Assembly (NCBI RefSeq): GCF_021028975.2 | Contig: NC_059427.1 | Coordinates: 76,260,001 to 76,324,000, forward strand | DNA from: Sphaerodactylus townsendi | Taxonomy: Eukaryota | Direction of reading: 5' to 3' | Length of the DNA: 64,000 nt | In this document: piece after piece, positions 26,384 to 37,310 of the stretch | How positions within the stretch are numbered: the first letter of the stretch is position 1 | How the letters are laid out: every line of letters starts with the position of its first letter | Notes under the pieces: model-generated | What the model saw: only the letters and a program-made list of their open reading frames with translations | The model's database searches: none | Told to the model about the DNA's origin: nothing | Position numbers and translations under genes: made by a program

Positions 26384-26835
26384 GGCCTGAAGAAGCATTT
26401 GCTTGTTTTGATAATCTCATGCAGGGGGTTCCTTACAGAAGAATTCTGTTACGTCTAATCTGAGTATATAGTACCCTTGCATCCAAAAGAAATTCGGGTG
26501 ACAGTGTTTTACATAATAACCTAGTAGTAACTGTTGAATAAGTAGGACTTGTTTTGGAATGCATGTGCACAAGACTGTACAGTAAATCTTACAGAGGTAC
26601 TGTTAAATATCTCTCCGTTTGAAGAAATGGTGATCATTATAGAGGTACCTTTCCCTTTAGTATTGCTGATGTCAGTGAAGATTAAAGGAACATGAAAGAG
26701 TTTACTCAGGCCACTAGAAGGATATGCAAACATCTGATGGGTAGGTAACGTGGCAAGTCTCTGCTGCTCTAAGAGGGCATCTTACAACAATTCCCCCAAA
26801 CTTAGAGTTTCTATTTATTTTACAAACCAAAGTAA

Positions 26836-27135
<300 letters not shown>

Positions 27136-27449
27136 TAGAATCTGATTGTTTCAGTGCAACTGTTGAAGAGAAGGGGTCACCAAACGTTTTGAACTTGCAG
27201 GCTCATTTGGAATTCTGATACAAAATGACTGCCACGGGAGGCAGAGCCAACCACACATCATAATTCTAGTGGTAACTCTTCAGTGTTTCAAGCTGAAGGT
27301 GTTTAATAGGGTTACTTTTATAATAAACATTTTGTTTTAAACTATTTTCTTGCATACACACAACTTAGCTTCAGTTTTGCACTGAAGACCCTTGTAGTAT
27401 GGTGGCAGATACTGCTGAAGCAACTTTTAAAAAATGTGCATAATCAAGT

Positions 27450-27452
<3 letters not shown>

Positions 27453-27497
<45 letters not shown>

Positions 27498-27517
27498 AGA
27501 GAGAGACAGAGAGAGAG
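27453..27517. repeat. (CA)n(GA)n compound microsatellite within a probable hAT-like element (~27170-27680)
   Basis: Read directly from the sequence. Confidence 0.9.
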
Positions 27518-28739
27518 GTTCAGACCATTTCCTAATATACTTGGTGTGACCTGGAATGAGTCAATAGGTGCCATGGTTTAAATTTAATAATGGTGCATAC
27601 CCATGCTTTTATACCTGATGCCAATAAAAGTCTATTGTGATTGTGAGGTGCCATAGGCACTACACAGGGGACTCCTGAAGTCCCAACACAAGTAACTGTT
27701 GAGATCTGTTCTCTAGATATGTGTTTTCAGTGATATATACAGTTAATTAGTTAATGAAAGTAAGCACTGAAGACATCATTGAGTTTTCTTTAAAAATTTC
27801 AAGTGAACTATTGTGATGAAGTTGTTCTGTTACTGTATCAGGCAAGTCACACTAGCCTGACAAGGTCTTTGATCTCCGGATGGAGAACCAAAAGTCTGTG
27901 GATATTTACCCAAAAGGAAGCCAGTAACCAAACCGTCATACATCAAAGGCTAGGTTACCTCATGGCAGGAAAAGGAGTTTTCCTAAGGACAAAGAGAAAA
28001 AGAAACATTGATTCTGATCCAAGCTGAGCTAGAGGGAGCATCTCTAAGCTCAAGGGGGCTGAGACAAGCCTGCAGGAATTGTGCTTAGCTGAGAAATATC
28101 TGTATTAGAATGTTTTATTGTTTTCTGTTTTCTTTTCAATAAAATCTTTGAGAACTCAGCTGGTTTCAGAGTGTGTGGAGAAAAGAACCCAGGATTTGTA
28201 GAACAGGCATGGCTCTCCCAGGCCTGGTTCTGTGACATGGTGGCAGCTTTTGTGGGTCCAGTACTCTGTTTGAGCACGTTCAAAAATCAGAATAACTGTC
28301 CCATTTTGCTTCATTCCCACCCTAAAATTATATTCTTCCTCTCCCATATGATATACTGTTTTCTTGGTCTTTATTTCTTTGTGTAACCATCAGATGTAAA
28401 AATACCAAAAGTTCTGATTTTGCCTCATATCGATTTTTAAAAAGCATTTCTGAAATTCAAATTATACATCTTTAGCACAAATGATAATGTAAGTATTATT
28501 TGATGGAACAAAAAGCGATCAGCATTTGAGCCAAAATTTTGGTCAGCATTAGCTTGTTTATTTGGCATAGTAAAATTAGGTTCTCTGACCTGTTTGCAAA
28601 ATTATGTAGTAATGAGAAGGAAGAAGGATTAGTATCTGTGCAGAGAGCATTACCAGTAATTAATTAATTAATTAATATTGGATTTAATATTCTGCTCTTT
28701 CCGAGCCCAATGGCCAGGCTCAGAGTGGCTAACAAGGTC

Positions 28740-29100
28740 TAACATAAGAAGAATCCTCCAGCATCCTATCTCACATGGTGGCAAGCCAGTTCCTCTGGAG
28801 GGTCAACAACAGGGTATAGAAGCCAAGGCCTTTCCCTGATGTTGCCTCCTGGCAGGGAGGTTTATTGCCTCCAGATGTGGAGGTTCCCTTTTGTCACACT
28901 GGCTAGTAGCCATGATATACCTATCATCTAGAAATCTGCCTAATCCCTTTTTGAAGCCACCTGTGTCTGTGGCCATCACTGCATCCTCTGGCAGGGAATT
29001 CCTCATTTTAATCAGTTGCTGAATAAACAAGTAATTCCTTTTGTCCATCCTGAATCGATTGCCCATCAATTTAATTGACGGCCTTTGAGTTCTAGTATTT
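28740..29100 (-). mobile_element. CR1 LINE 3' end fragment
   Basis: KLMGNRFRMDKRNYLFIQQLIKMRNSLPEDAVMA...FKKGLGRFLDDR matches the CR1 ORF2 C-terminus, followed by 3' UTR. Confidence 0.75.
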
Positions 29101-29109
29101 GTCTTGATC

Positions 29110-29860
29110 CTTTCCAATCTGGTTTTAGGACTAGTTAAGAGACTGAAACAGTGTTGATCTCCCTGGTAGATGAGTAAGTGCCGTTGTGTTGATCTCTCAG
29201 CAACTTTCAGTACCATTGTGATCATGGTAGCCTTTGAGATTGCCTTTCTGGTCTGAGATTGGGAGACATCATTTTGCAGTGGCTCCAGTCCTACCTGCAG
29301 GGTAGTTATCATAAAATTGTGCTGCTCAGCCCCTTGGCTTCTGGCTTGTGGAATCCTGTAAGGTTCCATCTTCTTCTTTATTCTCTTGAAAATCTACATG
29401 ACACCATTGGATGAGATAATCTAGAGATTTGGGTTGGATTTTCACCAGTATGTGGATGACATAGTTCTATTTCACACCAAACTGATCCTAGGGAGGCTGT
29501 AGAAACCCTGAACTGTTTGCAGGCTGTTTTGGAGTGGGTGGGAGGTAATAAATGGAAGCTTAAGCATCACATGGTAGAAATGCTACTGTTGAGCTGAAAA
29601 TCTGACCCAGAATTCAAGGTGTCACCCATTCTTGATGGAGTTTTACTTGCCCCTGGAAGTAACAGCTCTGTGGTCTGGGACTGCTCTTGGACCCATGCTG
29701 ACTGCTGGATAAACAGTTGACAACTGTGGCCAAGTGAACCTTTTACCAGCTTTGACTAGTTAGCTAGCTGTGGTATTTCCTGGGTAGAAAACAAATCTGG
29801 CCGCTATGGTGCATGCCCAGGTGATATCTAGTTTAGATTACTGCAGTGTACTCTGTTCTA
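29110..29860 (+). mobile_element. Degenerate L2-like LINE reverse-transcriptase fragment
   Basis: Remnants of DLSAAF..DH, IYM.PL.EII..FG..FHQYVDD and SSLDYC motifs. Confidence 0.7.
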
Positions 29861-29889
29861 GTAGGGCCCTAAGGTTCTTCATTCTTCTC

Positions 29890-30050
29890 TCTCTCTCTCT
29901 CTCCTCCCTCTCAGCTTTTCCAGGTTGACAACTCTAGCCTCAAGGGAATTAACGTCTTCCTTGAGAGCCAAAGGCTCCATGAATTGAGCATACACCCACA
30001 GTTTCTGCCCAGTGTGCAGATAATCATACATTTGGCACTTCCTGATAAAT
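29890..30050 (-). mobile_element. CR1 ORF1 N-terminal (zinc finger / leucine zipper) fragment
   Basis: CQMYDYLHTGQKLWVYAQFMEPLALKEDVNSLEARVVNLEKLR resembles the reptile CR1 ORF1 N-terminus. Confidence 0.6.
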
Positions 30051-30776
30051 CTGACTTTCTGCCATGATGCTTTGGTTGTGTAAAGGTGTTTTAGGGTTGA
30101 AATGGGATTTTTATCCAAATCTGTGCAGATTTCCATAGCAGGAAGGATAATTCAGCATACCAACCTTCTTGCCAACGTGGAGCTTGTATGTCCTTTTTCA
30201 GGAAACTCAAACTACAGGGGTTCTCGTCTGCTCTCCCTTGACTGCCTATGCTGAATTTCCAAGCTCAGTTCCCATGTTACTTTCAAATGCACTGGATGTA
30301 AGCCATGGAATGCAAGCTCCCAGGAATCTTGTATGTCTTCTTAACAGAATCTTTTTTACTGCTGGGGCAGCCCAATCCAGAACCCCTGTCGATGGAATGT
30401 AGCACAGCTTTGGCACCGCCCCACTGCATCCAAGAGGGTTTCTTGGCAGTGCAGGGAGACAAAAATCAGAAAAGCCTCCCCCCACAGCTGTGCCTCTGGA
30501 ATGCCCCCACAACACAAGTAGAGGTGGCCAGAGGTGCAGGAGCACTGACTCAATGCTCTGCATCACGTCTGGCCTTTGTGGAGGGCTGTAATGGATGCCT
30601 GCCAGTGGATTTGCCCCTCCACTGGAGTAAGTGCCTGTCATGATCCTAACCCCTAAATCTACCGACAGCAATAATTAAAGTTATTTTTGTCCTCAGTTTT
30701 TATCTCTTACATATTGATGAATGATAGAAAATAGCCTGTTTTGTCTCACTGAGTGTACATTTTTATGTTCACACAG

Positions 30777-31013
30777 GTTGGGTTTACCAGCCAAGACCTG
30801 GTAAAAGGAAGCGGTTCCCCTTAACAGTGTCCACTGTATTCTCCGGCACTACTCAGAATATCATTGCTTCAAGTCCAATGTCAGCCTCGACCGTCTTTAC
30901 TGGAACTTCTCAGAATATCATTACTACAAATCCAACAACCATATACCCTTTCCGATCACCCACTTATTCTGTAGTCATACCCAGCGTACAGAACAACATT
31001 GGACACTCAGTCT
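30777..31013 (+). CDS. SOX30: SOX30 exon 3
   Basis: WVYQPRPGKRKRFPLTVSTVFSGTTQNII...YPFRSPTYSVVIPSVQNNIGHSV; AG/GT flanks; 237 nt. Confidence 0.95.
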
Positions 31014-31399
31014 GTGAGTTCATTCCAATAGTTTATGTGAGTTCTTTAAATCATAGAAACTAAAAGAATCCAATTTCTCAATGCATACTAAGAGAACATT
31101 TATCTAAGAATAATTAACATAACAACTAAAACGTGCCAGCAAAGGCTTCACAACAGAGAGATGAGATAATAATGCCATACTTTGTGATAACTTACTCCAT
31201 TTAAGAATTTGATTGTTTATTATAAAGTGTAAAATGGTGTTTAAGCCTTAACTGGTATCAGTGCAACATTTGGATGTTACTGTCACAATTAAAAGTCCCA
31301 GGACATGGCCTGAAGGCAAGAAATGCCACAATGTTGTTTCAGCTATACAAGCCTGAGTTTGTTCAAGTAGCTGTCTAACCCTGTGTTTGCTGCCTTTGG

Positions 31400-32091
31400 T
31401 TGTTTTCCCAAATATCCCGGGTTGAGCAAGGGAAATATCCTGGTTTGGTCAAGAAGTTCACATGGTTCCCCGTCCTAAAGCAGGTTTGTCCTGCGATATT
31501 TCCCTCATCCCAGGATTTTCAAAAACTGCAAATTTGGCAGTTCTTTTCAAAAATCCCACGTTGAACCCGCCACCATGCAAACATCACGGGAGCAGAACCA
31601 GTTTATTTTTGCCACCCAGCCACCTGCCCCCCTATCTCCCCACCTGATGTCATGTCAGTTTTCAACTTTGCTGAGCCTCCGATCTTTGCAGCCTGCCCTT
31701 CCCAAAACATTCCCCCAAGCACATTTTCTGTTCATGGTATTGATCGGCTGCCATTTCACCTTGGTTAATCAAGAGTGGAGTTCCAAATGTCCCCGTTTTC
31801 TTTTCTGTACATGTACTGGTTGCTCAGAGGGCATAGCTAGGGAGATGTGCACTTTGGGCTGAATGTTAGTGGGCATATCATGAGCAGGGTGGGGGGTTCA
31901 CTTATTTTCCACAAAAACATGAGAACATGAGTGGGAATGTGATGTGATGCTGTGCGCCATTGTTTTCTTCTGCCGCTTGCTGTGTTGAGGCCTGCACCAG
32001 GCCCTATCCATAACTGGGAAAAAAGGGAGGCTTCACTCAATCTCTTCACAGAAATTTTAATCTGGTATAATTGTGCTGTGTGGAAATGGCC
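31400..32091 (+). mobile_element. Dispersed repeat (Harbinger-like non-autonomous element), copy 1
   Basis: Strong colinear similarity to ~49605-50120; ends in TGTGTGGAAATGGCC. Confidence 0.7.
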
Positions 32092-32989
32092 TTTGAGATC
32101 CAAGTTAAAACAGTGGGATGTAATTGTTATAAATGAAAGTGATGTTGAGTTTGACAGAAGAGAAATGGAGAGCTTTATTCTTTCCCTCTTCTCTTACATT
32201 ATTGAGTCCATTATCTTAAGTAGTTCAAGAGCGCAAGGTCTGGGCCTGCTTTTCCAAATCTAGCCCTGACTCATGTCGCTCCAAGCTTAAAGGCTCTTAG
32301 GAGAAGGTAAGGAACAGTTTCACATGACACTACCTGGAATCTCTTATGGATCTTGAATTTTCTGTCTTAAGCAACAATGACCTTTGTTTGAGAAGACATA
32401 TCAGAAATTCATTGCTCCTCCCCCACAACGTCCAGAGCTCCAGAGTTCAGAAAGGGCAAGAGGGGAATTCTTTTCACACATTCATCAGTATAAATCGCTT
32501 CATTACCTTGTTGTGAGAAGCAGATTTTTCTTCCTCTCACGACTGCAACCGTTCCACAGAACTCATGTGGGTTCTGCTTCTTAGTCATACTAGAATATGA
32601 CAGAGGATTGGGAATCTGATTTTATACATGATATATTCTTGTTATGAGGATGAAGAACTGAGAGCAGCAAAGGATGCTGGAAAGAGATTACCACATGGCT
32701 AATAGCAACACTATAAATAGTGGACTTCAGTGAATAGACTCTTGGAGGATATCTGTATTGAGAATATGTTAGAAAGAACAGATTAAAAGTCACAGCGTTT
32801 GCTGCTCTATTTCTTAATATTGTTAATTTGTGGGAAAAATTGTTCTAATAGTTATGGAGTAGCTGGGTGTTATTAAATAAAACACAGAACAGGTTTTATG
32901 GGGTGAATGTTGAAGTTAACAAAAAATAGGAAAACCTTGAGCTCTCTGTTGATTTCTAATATCGTTGAGGAACAATGTCATTTAGTGTA

Positions 32990-33226
32990 TTTCACGGCCA
33001 GGTTCAACTGGTTCTGGTGGGTTTTCCAGGCTGTTTTGCCGTGGTCTGGTGGATCTTGCTCCTAACGTTTCACCTGCATCTGTGGCTGGCATCTTCAGAG
33101 GTGTGTAACAGACTTGCCTCTGTGTTACACCTCTGAAGATGCCAGCCACAGATGCAGGTGAAACGTTAGGAACAAGATCCACCAGACCACCCCCGCCACA
33201 CAGCCCGGAAAACCCACCAGAACCAG
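32990..33226. mobile_element. Inverted pair of Penelope pseudo-LTRs, each with a minimal hammerhead motif
   Basis: ~33008-33110 is nearly the reverse complement of ~33124-33226; same family as 1280-1400. Confidence 0.85.
33130..33170 (+). ncRNA. Minimal type-I hammerhead ribozyme motif (mirror copy at 33061-33101 on the minus strand)
   Basis: CCT-CTGAAGA-T-GCCAGC-CACAGAT-GCAGGT-GAAA-C-GTT-AGG reads as stem I, CUGANGA core, stem II, GAAA, palindromic minimal stem III and an NUH triplet. Confidence 0.65.
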
Positions 33227-33334
33227 ATGTCATGGATTTTCTTTTATCTTTTGCTCACAGTATAGTTTGCATAGTGCTAGCCTTTGAAAATAAAGGGGAC
33301 CTCACCACTGAATTATCATTTCTCTTTTCCACAG

Positions 33335-33827
33335 GTGAAGCCCCTTCTGCTCTCCAAGTGCCAGCTCCTTCTGCTCAGCATCCAAGCCCCATTACGCTGT
33401 TCCAGTCCAATGTAGCGACTGCGCCACAACTGGCTGCCCCAGCTGCAAACTTGTCAATCCGTCCAGTGCTTCAACCTCAACATTTTGCTGCACCTTCACC
33501 CACAGAAGCTCACCATGTATCGTCAGGAACAAATTGCTCTATAAAGAGACCCACCCAAGTTTCGATTCAGAGTGCAAGCAGGAACCCTAATAATACAAGC
33601 ACTGCCCACTCTAGATACAATGTCTCTAATAATCAAGCCCCTAAAGAGTACCCAGGTGTTTCTTCCTGTTCTAGAAATGGACCCATCCCCCAAGCTCCTC
33701 CCATCCCCCATCCACATGTCTATCAGCCTCCTCCCATAGGTCATCCAGCCACTCTATTTGGAGCTCCTCCTCGATTTTCGTTTCATCACCCATACTTTTT
33801 ACCTGGACCGCATTATTTCCCATCAAG
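33335..33827 (+). CDS. SOX30: SOX30 exon 4
   Basis: EAPSALQVP...HVYQPPPIGHPATLFGAPPRFSFHHPYFLPGPHYFPS; 493 nt; AG/GT flanks. Confidence 0.95.
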
Positions 33828-35006
33828 GTAAAGCAACTGTTTACATGTGTTTAAGAATGAAGAATCATATAGTGACCAGGCAACCACTGAAGTATATGGT
33901 TTTTGTCTCCTGTTCACCTTCATCTTCACTCCTCTTTTTTCCCCCTGTAATTTAACTCCACTGAAATTTATCAGTAGCACAGTGTCCAAAGCTGTAGCCT
34001 TTCTTGAAGAGAAATGGCTTGGTCACTATCAAACGTGTATTAGAACGGCTAATAATATAGACATGGTCTATATTATTATAGGACCACTTACAACTGTTCA
34101 GAAGGTATAATTGGATTAAACTGTGTCAACTTTGTTGTTAGCTGGGATGGGCCCCAGGGAATACACTGTCCATATGTCAGAAAAGTTAATTGATCACAAC
34201 AGTTTCTGAATACAGTTACAGGAACTGGTTGTTTTTTCCCCAAGTCCTAAATGGCTTGGGAACAGAATTGGGAACAGGCTGCTGGGCCTGGATGAGTCAT
34301 ACAAACCATGTGGTATTGAATTACCTGGTAGTTGCTGCCTGGTCCTGATGAGTCATCCCTCAAGGGCCAAAATAACCCTGGAAAAAACCCTGCCATTTTC
34401 CCATGCCTTTTACTGACTGGAATCAAGGTTTGAAGGCTGGCAATAATATATGGTTGCCTAGAAATGGCCATTGGGGGCATTCATTTCTTAAGGCTACTGA
34501 CACTGTTTCTATTACTTGAGAGGGGATTAGCCCTCTGAATTTTTTTTTAAGATTTCAGATTTTTCGGCAAATGTTTTTTAGGTTTGTAGAAGAATATGGC
34601 ATCTCTATTCATGGTTCCATTCTCTAAGTTTAAGTGTCCATAGATTTAGCTACATTGATACATTCATAATCCCTATGTATACACCTATATAACATTTTCA
34701 TGGGGTTTTTTTTGTTTAACTGTAAATAATTTTGGTAGCAATTAATATGTTGTAGTGTGTTTAATGAATGATAAAACATTATTAAAGAGGTCATTATTTT
34801 CAATGTTATAGTTTAATAATATCTGGATATTCTGATAATACTATCTTTCTATATAAGAGAGTTTCTGTCCAAATAATATGCTTTCTTTTGTTTACTACAC
34901 AAGTCATTTTCTACCTTCAATTCCACTGTTGTTGTCAATTTGACTATGTGAAAACAGGTCTTCAATTGGTATATGATTTTTTGTAACTATTTTTGTCTTT
35001 TTGCAG

Positions 35007-35388
35007 CACGTGCCCATACAGCCGTCCTCCTTTTGGCTATGGGAACTTCCCCAGCTCCATGCCTGAATGTCTTGGCTTTTATGAAGACCAATATCAAAAA
35101 CACGAGGCCATGTTTTCTGCTCTGAACAGAGACTACCCCTTTAGAGAATATCCTGATGAGCACATGCATAGTGAAGACTCCCGCAGTTGTGAGAGCTTGG
35201 AAGGAACATCCTATTATAGCAGCCACAGTCAGACAGAGGAGGAATACTTAAACCCTGTGCCTCAGCTGGATATTGGGGCCCTTGAGAACGTTTTTACCGC
35301 AACCCCTTCGACACCCTCTAGTGTACAGCAAGTCAATGTGACTGATAGTGATGATGACGAAGAAGGAAAGGTGTTGAGAGATCTTTAA
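35007..35388 (+). CDS. SOX30: SOX30 exon 5 (last coding exon)
   Basis: TCPYSRPPFGYGNFPSSMPECLGFYEDQYQKHEAMFSALNRDYPFREY...QQVNVTDSDDDEEGKVLRDL*; the joined CDS is 2352 nt (783 aa). Confidence 0.96.
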
Positions 35389-36250
35389 TTTTAGAAACCA
35401 AATGATAGTATCCAGCATACTTTTAAAAAAGATGAAATAAAACATGTTGGTCATATAACAGTGCTTTAGTGAGTGTGGTTAAGAAGCCAAATGAAAACTT
35501 TTTATGCCACGTGGGAGATTTTCCTGGGCAATGCAAGATACTGTATTCACAGGAATTGTATGAGCTTACTTCCACTTCAGAAATTGTACCTGCCAGCTCT
35601 TAATGTAGTTTTTTTGTTACATGTTTCTGGTTCCTTCCTTGTGCTGACAGGTGACACTTCTAATTCTATATTGCCTGATTCACGGTACCAAATATACATG
35701 TATAAATGACACCATTTCCTAGCACTCTGTAGATCTGCCCTTACAAGAGCTGTCATAACTGTCACCACTTATGAGGGGCAGACTTTACTATTCTAAACAG
35801 AAGCATTATTATTTGTGTTCCTAGGTACTATAATGGGATTTCATCCTGTTTCTTCTGGGTCTCTACTTAGCAATTAAAATTATTCTGTTTACACATTTTC
35901 CATTTGTGCCCAGAATTCACATTCCATTGCCCTTTAGGAGCAAATTTCCAGATTTTAAAATCTAACTGACTTCTTCTGCAAGAGATTTGAAAACCCATAC
36001 GCTATTAAGTGTTTTTAACCATAAAAAAGAATGAATCTATCTCATATTTTGTGTACAGATGAGCTATGATTCCATACCAGAGGCTAAATAACTCAAATGC
36101 AATTTTTAAAAATAAGATGTTTAAGAAGCAGGTGTAAAGGAAGATAAAATGTTGCTAAATTATTTGTTCATGTTACAAAACATTTTGTTTTCATTGTTTT
36201 CTTTGTTTTAGGGGGTTTGTAGTATGTTTGTTCCATTTTTGTTACATTAA

Positions 36251-36256
36251 AATAAA
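36251..36256 (+). terminator. Candidate SOX30 polyadenylation signal (distal); a proximal AATAAA lies at 35436-35441
   Basis: ATTAAAATAAA followed by a GT/T-rich downstream stretch. Confidence 0.5.
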
Positions 36257-37033
36257 ATCACATGGATGATATGTTGTTAGTTTTATATATTGCGACAGAT
36301 ATGAATTGTAATATCATCATGACAAGAGAAAATAAGTGAAAATATTTAGTATTTTCTGTTTAAACATCTCTTTGGAAAGGTGTATTGTAAGGGAGACTTG
36401 GGTGTTTCACAAATAGACTGCTCAAAGAATATAATCATCTCACATGATTTCTAACATATTCATCTTTACTCATAATTCCAAGTGCAGTCAGAGGTGCTTA
36501 CTCCAGGTCAGTGTGCGGACAGGCTTGCAAGTAGGAGCAGGAACATTCTATCAAACTGAATCTTGTTGCCCCTGGCAAGAGTTCAAACACTGGCCATTTT
36601 TGTTCTAGAGATCCTGGCAAATGTGAACATTATGGACTTGGGTTCTGGAAATTGTTGGTGGCTTAATTCTTGAACATATCATGCTGCCTTATACTGAATT
36701 TGACCATCGGTCTATCTAGGTCAGCACTGTCTGCTCAGACTGGCAGCAGCTCCCTAAGGTTTTAGGCAGAAGTGTTTCATATCACCTATTATTTGAATCT
36801 TTTAGCTGGAAATGCCTGAACTGGAACCTGGAACCTTCTGCATGCAAAGCAGATGCTGTCCCATTGGGAAATGGCTCCTCCTAACATCTGCCTCCTTGTC
36901 CCATCGTTGAATTCTTTACCTTTTCCATTCCTAACAGTGTGGATTGACATGTAATTGTGTTAAACATACAATTATTTATAAAAATTTTAAATCCTTTCCC
37001 CAAAATGTAGTTGGCATATAATCCTATGACATA

Positions 37034-37310
37034 GGCCCTTTCCCCACTTACCTTAAGCCCCGCGCTACTCTCCTCAAGTAGCGCGGGGTCCCCCGGCACT
37101 CCCCACTACAGGGGCAGCGACAATGCAGCCGCCCCGACGCTGCCGCTGTCGCGCCCCCTCAGCACGCGGCATCCCTGGCACTCCTCGAAACGGCGCCTTT
37201 TGATGACCCCACGCAGAGGGGTTGTGGGGACGCTCAGACGCGCGCCAGAGATGCCGCGCGCTGAGAGTAGCATGCACCAAAGGGCAGCAAAGGTAAGTGG
37301 GGAAACGCCC
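37034..37310. mobile_element. CpG-rich Harbinger-like MITE
   Basis: 21-bp TIRs matching at 19/21 (GG[C/G]C[C/G]TTTCCCCACTTACCTT); 3-bp flanking repeat ATA. Confidence 0.8.
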
